A DNA stretch of 64,000 nt from Octopus vulgaris (GCA_951406725.2 OX597817.1:153140001-153204000); one strand, 5' to 3'; counted from the first letter of the stretch, positions 14,184 to 26,845 are shown. Notes: generated by a model from the letters alone, not told the origin. Made by a program: numbers and translations.

Positions 14184-14811
14184 GCACACACATGTATATA
14201 AATACATACATATATATATAAATATATATGTATATTTGTGTGCGCATGGGTGTGAGTATGTGTGTACCTATAAAATGTATAAGATTATGTATATATACAA
14301 ATATACGCACAAGCAAAAACAGGGCGTATCCGAAGATATTTGTTTCAACTTATTCGCACAACCCAGTCACCGTGTCCTCCATAGTGAATAACACTGACAC
14401 ACTTGACTAATTTTTGTCTTATCGCTTTTCTATTTTAATTAATTACATTTGCAAGCGAGAAAGCGAATGATTTTCCGATGATGTCACTTGTGGAATTTTG
14501 GAAAATAAAAGTTTCTTTTTACAACCGCGATTTCCGTTTTCGTTTACGTGAAATTATTAAAAAAAAAAAGATTTGGCTGTTATTTCTATCCTGTGGTGAG
14601 ACCTAGGCTTAACTTCATGTGCTGGTTGAAAATCAGCTAAAAATGTTTATGGGGTCGATACATTCGACTAAAACCTCCTCAAGGTGCTACCCCAGCATGG
14701 CCATAGTCTAATGACTGCAACAAGTAAAAATAAAAATAAAAATAAAAATAAAACGAAAAAATAACCCAAAAATATAACCGCGGGACTTTTGTTCACTTTC
14801 ACACTTTCACT

Positions 14812-14897
14812 ATGGGGCATTTGTCCGAGGGGATTTTGTCCGAGGGGCTTTTTTGTCCTAGTGGTCTTTTGTCCTAGAGATGTTTTGTCTTCATCCC
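14812..14897. repeat. Five ~15-bp GGGNNTTTTGTCC-type tandem units, possibly a DNA-transposon subterminal array
   Basis: tttgtcc recurs about every 15-17 bp. Confidence 0.5.
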
Positions 14898-15092
14898 GAC
14901 AGAAACACGCGTCCGACCATTAGCCTTCTTAGCTACCAAAACAAAAGGATTTTTTGTCTTTTTGCATGTTAATGCATCGTGAAATACTCGTTTTCCCAGT
15001 CACCAAAAGTCACCGCTAACGTACTACGTCCACAAAGAAGGGGATTATAATAAAGAATTTATCGTGTACGGCATTTAATACCCACAAATCCC

Positions 15093-15142
<50 letters not shown>

Positions 15143-15399
15143 AAAGTCTACGAGGATTACTTAATACAGTTTTTGAAGTGTAGAGGTTATTTTTTAAAAA
15201 ATTATTTAAAAAAATGTTAGGAAATCTTTTATGAGAACGTTACTAACATTTTTTGGAAAGAAGTTTTTTTCTAGTGTGTGAGCACTTTCGTTTAACCTTT
15301 TCAAACACTCGTGCTTTTAAAGAGGTGGTTGATATTTTTGTGGTACTGGTAGAATTATTTCTGGCTTATTTTCGGACTCTTGGTTTTGGTCATAAATAT

Positions 15400-17379
15400 T
15401 CTGCTGATAGGGGCGACACCCGTGGGATGTATGCCGGTTTGAAGAAGGCCCTCGGTCCATCCGCAACCAAGTCAGCCCCTCTGAAATCAACTACTGGAGA
15501 TCTCATCAGGGATCAAGGCAAGCAAATGGATAGATGGGTGGAGCACTACAAGGATCTCTACTCACGGGAGACCACAGTGGCTGAGGCTGCAGTCGAGAGT
15601 GTCAAGATCTTGCCAGTCATGTGCGAACTTGACAGTCCGCCATCTATAGCAGAGCTCACCAAGGCTGTTGACTCCCTAGCAAGAAATAAGGCTCCGGGAA
15701 AAGACGGCATCCCCTCAGAGATCATCAAAGCCGGCAAAAACACCATCCTGCTTCGGCACCTTCATGAGCTTCTGTGTCAGTGCTGGGAAGAGGGTACAGT
15801 CCCTCAGGATATGCGGGATGCTAACATCATTACGCTTTACAAAAACAAAGGTGACCGTGGTGATTGTAACAATTACCGTGGTATATCCCTTCTAAGCACT
15901 GTTGGAAAGACCTTTGCCCGCGTTATCCTGGCCAGGCTACCACTACTTGCTTCTCGAATCTATCCGGAATCGCAGTGTGGCTTTAGAAGAAGCAGATCAA
16001 CTATCGATATGATATTCTCCATACGCCAACTTCAGGAGAAGTCCAGAGAGCAGAAAATGCCATTATATATGGCCTTCATTGATCTAACAAAGGCTTCTGA
16101 CTCGGTAAGCAGAACAGGCCTCTTCATCCTGCTCCAAAAAATCGGATGTCCACCAAAGCTGCTGAGGATCATCAAGTCTTTCCATGATGACATGCAAGGC
16201 ACCATACAGCACAACGGTTCAACATCAGCCGCCTTCCAAATAAAAAACGGGGTAAAGCAAGGTTGTGTCCTCGCTCCTACATTGTTTGGCATCTTCTTCT
16301 CGCTCTTACTTTCACATGCCTTTCAGACATCAGATGATGGAGTGTTTCTGCACAGTAGAAGTGACGGGAAACTGTTCAATCTCTCGCGCCTGCGTGCCAA
16401 GACCAAAATCAGAAACGTCCTGATCAAGGAGATGTTATTTGCTGATGATGCCGCTCTGGTAACACACACAGAAGAAGCCCTCCAAAGGCTCATTAACTGT
16501 TTTGAGCATGCATGTAACGACTTTGGCTTAGCTATCAGCCTTAAGAAGACCAACATCATGGGCCAGGCTACATCGGACATCCCAAACATACATATTGGAG
16601 ACCACAGATTACAAGAGGCGGAGAAGTTTACCTATCTGGGCTCTACCGTCACCTACAACCTATCCCTTGACGCTGAGCTCAATATACGCATTGGCAAGGC
16701 AGCTGCTGCGATGGCCCAACTCTCCAAACGGGCTTGGGACAACAATAAGCTGACCAAGACCACGAAAATGAAGATCTACCAGGCATGTGTACTCAGCACT
16801 CTACTGTATGGAAGTGAGACTTGGACGCTATACACACGCCAAGAGCGTCGCCTAAACATCTTTCACCTGCGCTGCCTCCGAAAAATCCTCCGCATCAAAT
16901 GGCAGAATCATATCCCCAACAAAGATGTCCTCAGGCAAGCAGGAATACCAAGCATGTTTGCACTCCTCACACAAAGACGTATGAGATGGCTTGGGCATGT
17001 TAGCCGTATGAAAGATGGCAGAATCCCCAAGGACATACTCTACGGAGAGCTTGCTAGGGGTACTAGGTCTGTGGGTAGACCGATCTTACGTTACAAGGAT
17101 GTTTGCAAAAGGGACATGAAGGCCTGCAACTTCAATATTAGCGGTTGGGAGGCAGTTGCCGGCAACCGTGGAGAATGGCGACGTACCGTAAAAGAGGGAA
17201 TACAAAGGAGCGACAGAGAGAGAGAGGAGAAATGGAAAGAAAGGAAGAGACGTAAACAAGAGACTATGGCACTACGACCAGCCAGGAACAGTCTTCGCTA
17301 CATTTGCGGTACCTGCCAGAGGGAGTGTTTGTCCAGGATAGGACTACACAGCCACAGCAGGAAATGTATCAGGACATGA
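15400..17379 (+). CDS. RTE reverse transcriptase with C-terminal C2H2-like finger (partial ORF)
   Basis: KAPGKDGI, NYRGISLLS, ESQCGFR, KQGCVLAPTLF, LFADD, FTYLGS, LLYGSETW, WLGHVSRM, CGTC..H..H; the first ~49 aa of the track ORF are flank read-through. Confidence 0.92.
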   Translation, partial: SADRGDTRGMYAGLKKALGPSATKSAPLKSTTGDLIRDQGKQMDRWVEHYKDLYSRETTVAEAAVESVKILPVMCELDSPPSIAELTKAVDSLARNKAPGKDGIPSEIIKAGKNTILLRHLHELLCQCWEEGTVPQDMRDANIITLYKNKGDRGDCNNYRGISLLSTVGKTFARVILARLPLLASRIYPESQCGFRRSRSTIDMIFSIRQLQEKSREQKMPLYMAFIDLTKASDSVSRTGLFILLQKIGCPPKLLRIIKSFHDDMQGTIQHNGSTSAAFQIKNGVKQGCVLAPTLFGIFFSLLLSHAFQTSDDGVFLHSRSDGKLFNLSRLRAKTKIRNVLIKEMLFADDAALVTHTEEALQRLINCFEHACNDFGLAISLKKTNIMGQATSDIPNIHIGDHRLQEAEKFTYLGSTVTYNLSLDAELNIRIGKAAAAMAQLSKRAWDNNKLTKTTKMKIYQACVLSTLLYGSETWTLYTRQERRLNIFHLRCLRKILRIKWQNHIPNKDVLRQAGIPSMFALLTQRRMRWLGHVSRMKDGRIPKDILYGELARGTRSVGRPILRYKDVCKRDMKACNFNISGWEAVAGNRGEWRRTVKEGIQRSDREREEKWKERKRRKQETMALRPARNSLRYICGTCQRECLSRIGLHSHSRKCIRT

Positions 17380-17450
17380 AATACAAAAGCCGAACTAGAC
17401 TACTTCATGCGCAACTCCATTATCTCCCGAGACAGAAAGGATGCCAATAC
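15400..17450 (+). mobile_element. RTE-clade LINE, 5'-truncated (no APE domain), open RT frame
   Basis: Abrupt GC increase at about 15400; RT and C-terminal motifs; short 3' UTR. Confidence 0.93.
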
Positions 17451-17459
17451 CATTGTTTA

Positions 17460-18335
17460 ATATATGAAGTGTTGGCTGTTTTCGGTTTAATTTCGAATTT
17501 CGAATTATTATAAAGTATTTTCCTTTGCCTTTCGTAGTTGTACATTTTCATCGTTTATTTTGTAAAGTGGGAATATTTTAAATTTGCAATTTGCACAGAT
17601 ATCTAGATGTTCACTGCATGGGACATTCCTAAAAGACGAATCCCTAATTTGGTGTTTATGCACATTTACACGGCTGGTCAGTTTCCTTCGTGTCTCCCCG
17701 ATGTAGTTTTCATTGCATTGTGGACATGTGATGCAGTAGATGAGGTTTTTTCGTTTTGCAATTCATATTTGCATTCACTTTTAATTCCTTCCCATTCTTG
17801 AGTCTTTTGGTTGTCCCTTGCTCAATTAATTCGCATCTCCCACTACGTGTGTCTTCAATGTTGGTTACTTGCATCTTTCTTTTTCAAATGTGAATCTCGA
17901 CTTGGAGTCACTTGAAGTTAGGTGACTGTCTTCGACTGTCCATAATTTGTGATAAATAGATAGATAGATAGATAACCCTAAAATATTGATAGATAGATAG
18001 ATAGATAGATAAACCTAAAATATATAAAAAAAAGAAGTATATCTACCTCTTATGAGGATCGAAACCGGGTTTCAGAATCGACGTATCGGGAATTGAATTC
18101 GTTCAATTTCGCTGGTGATTTGATGATTGATGTAGAATTGGGAGGTATCGTTTGACTGAATTTAGGATGTGATTTCTAGGGTTGTGGGTGATGACAAACG
18201 GAATATTTGTATTTGTATTTTTATTTTCACACCTAGCCTGAGTATTTCTCTGTAAGGTAGAGATCGGGATTTCCTTTGCTTTTGTTATGGCATGTTGAAT
18301 ATGGCATGTTGAATTAACTTGGGATATTTTTTTCT
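17460..18335 (-). pseudogene. Penelope-like element remnant: RT thumb/linker plus GIY-YIG endonuclease
   Basis: Manual translation: YPKLI..AITKAKEIP..PFVITHNPRN (18330-18170), SRRQSPNFK, NLIYCITCPQCNENYIGET...VHKHQIR...CSEHLDIC (17750-17595); frameshifted. Confidence 0.82.
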
Positions 18336-18419
18336 CTGAAGGAGTGTAGATAGACAGCTGACAACTGATGAAAGGTCCTTTCTCTGTCTGTCTATTTGTC
18401 TGTCTGACTACCTGCCAGT

Positions 18420-18482
<63 letters not shown>

Positions 18483-18792
18483 GCACCATGTATGTATGTA
18501 TGTCATGTGACTATGAATATTCGTACGAGGACTTGAAGAAAAACTTCCATATTTTGTGTAATACCTTGTGTAATATTTGTCCCTCTGACTTAATCACTTG
18601 TTACCCTTTTCTTTAAAAATGCAGTGAACCTCTCTCTAATTGGCTCGTTGGAAAACTGTATCCAACAGCACTGCTATTTACCATTTGCCACCTAAAATAT
18701 ATATAGGCTTTGTAAAAGAAGTATATCTGCGTCTTATGAAGATCGAAACCGGGTTTCAGAATCAACGTATCGGGAATTGAATTCGTTCAATT
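18016..18792 (+). repeat. Dispersed ~95-bp direct repeat (18016-18110 and 18692-18792)
   Basis: aagaagtatatct...cttatga.gatcgaaaccgggtttcagaatc.acgtatcgggaattgaattcgttcaattt present twice. Confidence 0.85.
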
Positions 18793-20264
18793 TACGTTGC
18801 TGTATTGTCCAATATTTGATTTCGTTTCGTTTCTCATCTCCAATTTTACCATTTAGCATTTACTCTCCATTTGAACATTTGTTGATTATGGGTTTCTTTG
18901 CCGTCTTTTAACAGAAACGAACACACACATGTATATGCGTATATATATGTATATTCATGCACATATACATTCATATATACGTATATACATATACATATAT
19001 ACGTATATGTGTCTCTGTGTGCGTGCGTGTGCACGTGTGTCTGCGTTGCATAACTATGTATACTGCGCCTCTATAGATTTGTAGATTGTATCGGAACTTT
19101 AGCCAATATTTATCAAGTGTTGTCAGAAATCAATATAAATTACAACTGTAAGAAATCAATACCTATTGAGTCTATTTTTAAGATGTCTTCTCCCAGTTTC
19201 TGACGAACCATAAAATGGCGGAGAACAATGCATCCTCTCTAACTTATATTGGATATTTTATATTTCGTGCTGAAATAAAAGAGAACGTTCATAAGCACAT
19301 CAGGCAGTTATTAGATGATTCATAATATGGAAATATCGACTAGATATGTAATATCAAAACACTGATAATATTTCATAATGTTACAAACATGGCCAACAGC
19401 ATACAAGATAATATGAAATCAAGGATTTCAAATCTACGCCACTAGAAATTACAACAAAAGCGAAAAATGTAATCACTTGCGAAATGTAATATTTCTCTCC
19501 TTCGTTAGCCCTCACTCCGCCCTCTCTCTCTTTCTCTCTCACCCTCTCTCTCTTTCTGTGTTTGTCTGTCGGACCTGATCGTCTGCCTGTCTGTCTGTCT
19601 CCTCACTAAATCATTGATGCATAAAGAGAGGAAGGGAATCTTTTGGGTGTGTCAAGTGTGTGAGTTATGATATAGAAAACGTATTATATGACAATTGTGT
19701 GAAGGAACACGTAGGTGTCCACGAAACAGGAGTGCCTGAATGAATATCTATCTATGTGTGGGTGTGTGTGTGGGTGTTTCTGTGTGTGTGTGTGTGTGTG
19801 TGTGTAGGATTAGTTGAGTCACCGGTTAGCTTACAATCAAAGAAATGACTCACAGCTGTAATACGTCAAGAATTAATATTTTGTATATTAAATTATTTCA
19901 TTGTAAGCAGCAGTTGGTTTCAGACTTCATACATACGTACGTATATACATGCATACATACATACATATCACACACACATACATACATAATACATACATAC
20001 ATACATACATACATACATACATACATACATACATACATACATACATACATACATACATACTTGCATGCGTACAAACATACATACATACTTGAATGCACAC
20101 ATATATACATATATGTGCGCGCGTATGTCTGTGTGTATGTGTATATACATAAGTGAAGGCGTGTGGCTTAATGGTTAAGGTGAGTTCGATTCCCGCCGGC
20201 GCGTCGTGTCCTTGAGCAAGGCACTTTATTTCACGTTGCTCCTGTCCACGCAGTATATGTATTT

Positions 20265-21455
20265 TTTTCTCTAGTTTCAGCTCAGAGCTGCGGCCATGCT
20301 AATGCATTGCCGTTTTGCTACACTGTTATTACTAAGAACCTCCTCTAATATGTGGCACTTGGTGAAGCATGGAGTTTGATATAGCTACCCTAATTTGCAC
20401 CTCTTGCCGTGAGGTAGGTTCATCTGGGACTCTCGACAGGAAGAGGTCCAGCTTTGATTTAAAAAGCCCTACATCTACTTTGTGCAAGTTTCTCAGACTC
20501 TTTGGGAGAATATTAAAAAGCTGTGGTCCCTTGAAACCCAGGCTGTTGTAGTAACTGGTCCTGAAGCGTGATGGCATTGCTGGGACCTTTGGCACTATGC
20601 AGTGTCGTCCCGTTCTGGCATTGGTGTAGCTTTCAATGCCAAAATCTGGCACAATTCCTTCCAGGATCTTCCTGATATATATTACTGCATACCTCTCCCG
20701 TCTTCTTTCCAGGGAGTAGAGTCTTAGCTGTTTCAACCTTTCCCAGTAGCTGAGCTGTTACAAAGAGACGATCTTCTTTGTGAATCTTCTCTGGATTGCT
20801 CCAAGGTCCGCTGTTAATTTCACACTGATGAGTGACCATATCTGTGAGCAGTAATCCAGGCGGCTGAGGACGAATGTCCACCAGAGGACCATCATGGTTT
20901 CCTTATCTTTGGTTCTGAATGTTCTTAGGATCCATCCAGCCAGTCGTCTGCACTTTGTCGCCATCCTGGTAATGTGCACTTGGAAAGAGGTATCATCACT
21001 AATGTCGATACCCAGGTCCCTCACCTATTTAGGCTCTTGGATTGAAATTCCCTGTGGACCGGTGTACCCTGTAAGTTTCATATTCAGTTTTGGATGCTTG
21101 TAGCGCAGGGCTTGGAATTTTTCATCGTTAAACTGCATATTATTATCTTCATCCCATCTGTAAATTGAGTCCAACTCCTGCTGAAGGTGTGCAACATCGC
21201 TGGGGTTCTGTATTTTCTGCGAGACTTTCGTATCATCTGCATAGCTTGCAAGGGTGGCTATCCGGACATTTGAGGGCATATCCGAGAGGGACACTATAAA
21301 AAGCAGTGGTCCTAAGACAGTGCCCTGTGGAACACCGCTCACTATTTGTGTCTTCATAGAGGTGGCTCCATTAGCCACTATTGCCTGACTCCTATCTTTC
21401 TGGAAGTCATGTAACCAGTCTCCAAGTTTTCCAGCAATGCCAAGGTCACGCAGTT
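20265..21455 (-). mobile_element. CR1-group LINE, 5'-truncated and degenerate
   Basis: SGVPQGTVLGPLLF, YADDTK, RDLGI, SRLDYCSQIWS, YSLERRRER, FKSKLDLFL spread over three frames. Confidence 0.9.
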
Positions 21456-21464
21456 ATGTGTACA

Positions 21465-21529
<65 letters not shown>

Positions 21530-21544
21530 ATGTGTGTGTGTGTG

Positions 21545-21752
21545 TGTGTTTGTGTGCCTGTGTTTGTCGCCCCAACATCGCTTGACAACCAATGCTGGAG
21601 TTTTTACGTCCCCGTAACTTAGCGGTTCGGCAAAAGAGACCGATAGACTAAGTACTAGGCTTACAAAGTATAAGTCCTTGCGTCGATTTGCTCGACTAAA
21701 GGCGTTGCTCCAGCATGGCCACAGTCAGGAGACTGAAACACGTAAAAGAGTA
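21545..21752 (+). mobile_element. SINE family A, 3' half
   Basis: Matches about 4985-5190. Confidence 0.88.
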
Positions 21753-22384
21753 TATATATATTTATATATATATATACATGTGTGTGTGTGTGTGTGTGCG
21801 TGTGTGTGTGTGTATACATATGTATGTATGTATGTATATATGTGTGTGTGTGTGAAGTCGAACAAAATACAGCCTTGGGGCCAAGGAAACGAGAATAGTG
21901 GGTAACGCTTAGAAAATGTTTTGAAGGATGGGGAACGGAGAGACAGCATTTGCGACTGGTCAGCCCTGGGACCAGTCTAAGAAAGGAAGAAAAAGAGGAA
22001 CCGGCCGCTGGTCGTGTAAAAGTAGCAGGTAGTGGAGAAAGACAGCAGAAGGAAGGAGCGACAGAGAAAAAAGGGGAAGCGGATGAAGGGGAGGGAGAAA
22101 GGCTCCTCTTCATGCGTGTGTGTGTGTATATGAGTGTATGTGTGTGTGGAGGTGTGTGCATGTATGTGTTATGTAATATGTCATAACCATTCACTCTGTT
22201 CAATGTCGATTCAACTAAACGTGCCTTTGAGCGTATTGTATAAGAAAGTTCCTTCAAAAAGCGTGTTTGCATCAGGAATTTGATCATAACTTAACATGAA
22301 GAGTCTCAGTGGGGCGAAATCGGGTTTATGTTAGATAAGCTTAATTTGTCCTTTTACTTTACCTTATATATAAGCAGAGTGTAA

Positions 22385-23005
22385 AGGCGAGTGGCTTAGT
22401 AGTTAGGGTAGTCGGATCACGATCTTAAGGTCGTGAATTCGATTCTTGGCGGCGTGTTGTAACCCTGAAATACTTTATTTCACGTCACTGCAGTCCAGTC
22501 AGCTGGCAAAAGTGGAGGCACATGGCCTAGTGGTTAGAGCAGGGGACTCGCGGTCGAGGGATCGAGGGTTCGAATTTCAGACCGGGCGATGTATGTGTTT
22601 GTGAGCTAAACACCTAAGCTCCACTCCACACGGCTCCAGCAGAAGGTAATGGCGAACTTCTGCTGACTCTTTCGCCACAACTTTCTCTCACTCTTTCCTC
22701 CTGCAACTTGCAGCTCACCTGCGACGGACTGGCGTCCCGTCCAGGTGGGGAACCTATACGCCAAGGAAACCGGGAAACCGGCCCTTATGAGCCGGGCGTG
22801 GTTCGAGAAAGAACAAACAACAAGTCAGCTGGCAAAAATGAGTTGTACCAGTAATTCAAAGGGCCAGCATTATCACATTCTGTACTGACGCGGAATCTCC
22901 CCGAGAACTACGTTAGGGGTACGCGTGCACATTAATTTCACGAGCAGGCTGTTCCGTTCGTCGGATTAACTGGAACACTTGTCGTAAAAGACAGAGTGCT
23001 AGAAA
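22385..23005 (+). mobile_element. SINE family C copy interrupted by a family B SINE
   Basis: Head gtggcttagtagttagg...gaattcgattc; continuation after 22837 matches 53472-53620. Confidence 0.82.
22512..22822 (+). mobile_element. SINE family B with 15-bp TSD agtcagctggcaaaa
   Basis: TSD at 22497-22511 and 22823-22837. Confidence 0.92.
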
Positions 23006-23102
23006 GTATAAGTATAAGTATGGAAGGCCGGAACTGAACAAAAATACATTGATTTGGTCAGTAATGGTTAAACATCATCGTAAAGATATACTGCTTCGGT
23101 AT

Positions 23103-23328
23103 GGCGAGCTGGCAGAAACGTTAGCACGCTGGGCGAAATGCTTAGCGGTATTTCGTCTGCCGTTACGTTGTGAGTTCAAATTCCGCGGAGGTCGACTTTG
23201 CCTTTCATCCTTTCGGGCTCGATAAATTAAGTACCAGTTACGCACTGGGGTCGATGTAATCGACTTAATACCTGTCTGTCCTTGTTTGTCCCCTCTGTGT
23301 TTAGCCCCTTGTGGGCAGTAAAGAAATA
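23103..23328 (+). mobile_element. SINE family D monomer flanked by a ggtat duplication
   Basis: The empty site is visible in the inverted copy at about 24434-24453. Confidence 0.9.
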
Positions 23329-24087
23329 GGTATTATTACTGACATTTTTTCTTCGCATATGAACCCCGATTCCATATCATTTAACTTAGAGTGCTAGGCA
23401 GGTGCAATATATACCCCGATGGGTGTGGTATGTATACAGTCTTTCATTCGCACATACATTTATGAATACACACACGTTTGTTTGTTTGTTTGTTTGTTTG
23501 TTTGTTTGTTTGTTTGTATGTATGTATGTATGTATGTATGTATGTATGTATGTATGTATGTATGTATGTATGTATGTATGTATGTATGCATGCATGCATG
23601 CATGCATGCATGTATGTATGTATGTATGTATGCATGCATGCATGTATATGTACGTATGCATATTTATCGATACGTATATATGCTTATGTAGGTGTGTATA
23701 TTACTCAGATAAATATCTATGCGTGTATATTACTCAGGTAAATATGCTGAAAAGCATATCGGGGCGTGGTTGCTGTGTGAATAAAATTCTTGAAAGTTCA
23801 AATGCTTGCTGTGATGTTTTTGTGACCCTATTGACGTCATTTAGACGTTTATTGTTATAGAACACAGTTTTTTGTTATTAGTTCAACCACCCTGTCTTTA
23901 TGCTTTCATCCATGAACCCTGTAGAATCTTTAAACCACCAGCTCTTTTGTCCCCCGCTTATCCATTTTTGTAATTACTTTGCTAAAAAATACTTTTGTTA
24001 ATATCTTTATTTTATTTTTTACTTTACCTACTATTTTGTTCTTACAAAATCTTTTTTATATTTGTTGTTATTTTGCTTGGTGGTTAC

Positions 24088-24130
24088 CGCCCGTTGACAA
24101 GGGACAAAAATCCCGAAACTAGTTCGAGCG
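24088..24130 (+). ncRNA. Minimal hammerhead motif with U3-A8 core variant
   Basis: cgcccg-TTGACAA-ggga caaaaa tccc-GAAAC-ta-GTT-cgagcg; palindromic AACTAGTT stem III. Confidence 0.6.
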
Positions 24131-25240
24131 TATCACTCAGGCTTGCGAGGAAGGGATGGCCTCCCTTTGCAAATACTCCAAGGGCACTGATATTGTGTCT
24201 AAAGCCAGCTAGAGACGACGATCTCTTGGGGCTGTAAAGCTACAGTAACACCCTCTCCCCAATGTGGTTAGCCATGATAAGATCGCTTCTATACTTTACA
24301 TTATCGAGCGATTACTGTTTCAATCTCATTCTGAGATTTAATTATGAAATCTAAATTAAATTCCTTAAATTCTGTCTAGCACTCTAAGTTAAATGATGTG
24401 GAATCGGGGTTCATAAGCGAAGAAAAAAAATTTCTGTAATAATACCGAAGCAGTATATCTTTACGGTGATGTTTACCTATTACTGACCAAATCAATGTAA
24501 TATTGCTCAGTTCTGGCCTTCCATACATTGTAGAGTAAATTCTGTATGTATATTAGACTTGAACTGTTATTGATGCAACCATGATGTTCCTTATAAAGTG
24601 GAAAAATTTGTCAACAAACAGCCATGGGACTCGTAAGGTTAATTTACCCAATGTTTTAGCTGTTCTAACGGCGTGCCTGCTTTCGAAAATAAACTGTCTG
24701 TGTGTGTGTGCGTGTCTTCTAGGATATCGGGCATTCTCCATCCGATTGCGCTCAAATTTGATATGTAGATACCGACGGTATCAGGGCGTGTATAAGTCTT
24801 GAAAAAATTACAAAAATCAATTCCAGGTGAGAATGCGATCGATAAAGCCGTGGGAACGTGCATTAGTACGCGCAAGTACATCAGCTGTTGCGATCGATAT
24901 TAGGCGTACGCGAGAAAGATGCACGGTGTCTCAAATTTAGGTTAAATCAGTGTTTCTCAAAGTCGGACAAGTTGTTTTGAGAAAATTTGGCTTAACTTTG
25001 ACAACTCAGCACCGTCCATTGGACGGGGTGGAGCGTTTTGCTCGTGTATATATATATATTATTATATGAAGTCGCTGTTCGTATACGTAGGTGTCAATAC
25101 TTGTAAATTTGTGCTAGGGAATAACGGTGCTGAAGGTAGCAGTAGATATAATTTTTTTTTTACTTAAATTTGAAACGAGATAATGTACACGTTTAACCAA
25201 AAGTTTAATTCATTATCTTTCTTTTGTTCGGTTACAGCTA

Positions 25241-25350
25241 ATGAGAAAATATAAAGCTCTAGAACCAGATACAATAGCATGTAAAATGTTAGGAGCACCA
25301 GATGATTATGGTAGAGACAAACTCACAGACCTCTTCAATGATATCAATGA
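25241..25350 (+). pseudogene. Degenerate LINE RT N-terminal fragment
   Basis: KALEPDTIACKML...KLTDLFNDI resembles KAPGPD.I..EML...L..LFN.I. Confidence 0.45.
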
Positions 25351-25828
25351 GCCGGAAGACCTCTCTAATGATTTCAAAGCAACGATAGTTGTTAATGTTT
25401 ATATATCTGATTTCAAATTTTGGCACAATGCCAGCAATTTCTGGAGCGGGAGTAAGTCAGTTACATCGACCCCTGTGCTCTACTGGTACTTATTTTATCG
25501 GCTCCGAAAGAAATGAAAGACAAACTCGACCACGGTGATTAACGTTTATATATTGATACGTGTATATGTATAATATTGTGCAATACAAAACACATTTTTA
25601 GATTAAAGCCGTAACCGAGAATCTCAATATGTAGCATTCGATTAATAATATATATGGTTTAGCTATCTTGAATCTTCAACAAACGTTTTCTTTTATTAAA
25701 AGATAAATTTTTATTACTCACTTAAAGTGAATGTTCTGTTAGAACACAGAATACTGTCTTATTTACCACAAGAGAACCTCTCATTTAGACTTGTGGTGCA
25801 TAACACAGTATTTTGAGTTCTCCTTGTA

Positions 25829-25996
25829 GGCATAGGAGTGGCTGTGTGGTAAGTAGCTTGCTTATGAACCACATGGTTCAGGGTTCAGGGTTCAGTCCCA
25901 CTACATGGTACCTTGGGCAAGTGTCTTCTACTATAGCCTCGTCCAACTAAAGCCTTGTGAGTCGATTTGGTAGACGGAAACTGAAAGAAGCCCGTC

Positions 25997-26048
<52 letters not shown>

Positions 26049-26265
26049 ATATGTTTGTGTGTCTGTGTTTGTCCCCCCAACATCGCTTGACAACCGATGC
26101 AGGTGTGTTAACGTCCCCGTAACCCTGCCGTTCGGCAAAAAGAGATCGATAGAATAAGTACTAGGCTTACAAAGAATAAGTCCTGGGGTCGATTTGCTCG
26201 ACTAAAGGCAGTGCTCCAGCATGGCCCCAGTCAAATGACTGAAACAAGTAAAAGAGTAAAAGAGT
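25829..26265 (+). mobile_element. SINE family A, full length
   Basis: Homology to 4775-5196. Confidence 0.92.
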
Positions 26266-26845
26266 CACATCCACTTTAATTGGGTTCCTTTGGGATTAAT
26301 ACTGTTTTTGTCTCTATTAATTATTGTTTTTATTGTTTAGCCCCTGGTCACATTCGATCACTCAGACCCTATGATCACTAATGGTACAAAAATGAAAATC
26401 CTCATGTTTTTTTTTTTCATGTTTGGTATTTTATCTAAAGTTACATTATCAAATATTTTATTTTCTCTCAAACCCTATTTCTTTTTAGAACGGTAGGGTG
26501 TGAGCAAACTCTTATTTCTAGCAGATCTGTCGACCGCATAGAGACGTTGCTCATTGGCTCGCACAGCAATCTTTTTTTTCAACCAATGCCGTATGATGAC
26601 AACAAGGTTAAAATGTTAATTTAACTAAAATCCAAATAGATATTGGTTGTTTATATATAGAATCTACCCGTGGCAACTCTGCCGAACACACACAAATATC
26701 TACCATTGAAATCTCTTCTCGTCTTCACCTTTGGGTTCATCTAACGGAATTTTATTGGTAGCTGCCATATTTGTTATTGTATATAGCTTAATGCCTTTTG
26801 TTTTCTGCAAAATATAACATTATTTGCATTTTGAAATATAATTGC

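Larger units (their letters stand above)
23018..24526. repeat. Inverted repeat, ~155-bp arms (23018-23401 minus the SINE; 24372-24526)
   Basis: e.g. gaaccccgattccatatcatttaacttagagtgctag versus ctagcactctaagttaaatgatgtggaatcggggttc. Confidence 0.88.

Noticed and set aside
15253-15399. N-terminus of the 708-aa ORF
   Set aside because: TTG start in AT-rich flank; RTE similarity begins only near 15400.
21853-22112. Possible second solo LTR (tgaag...cttca)
   Set aside because: The termini are embedded in (TG)n, so a TSD cannot be judged; single copy in the window.
22512-22590. tRNA gene (also at 4775, 5751, 47427 and others)
   Set aside because: The A/B boxes belong to SINE heads that continue into repeat bodies with tails and TSDs; no acceptor stem.
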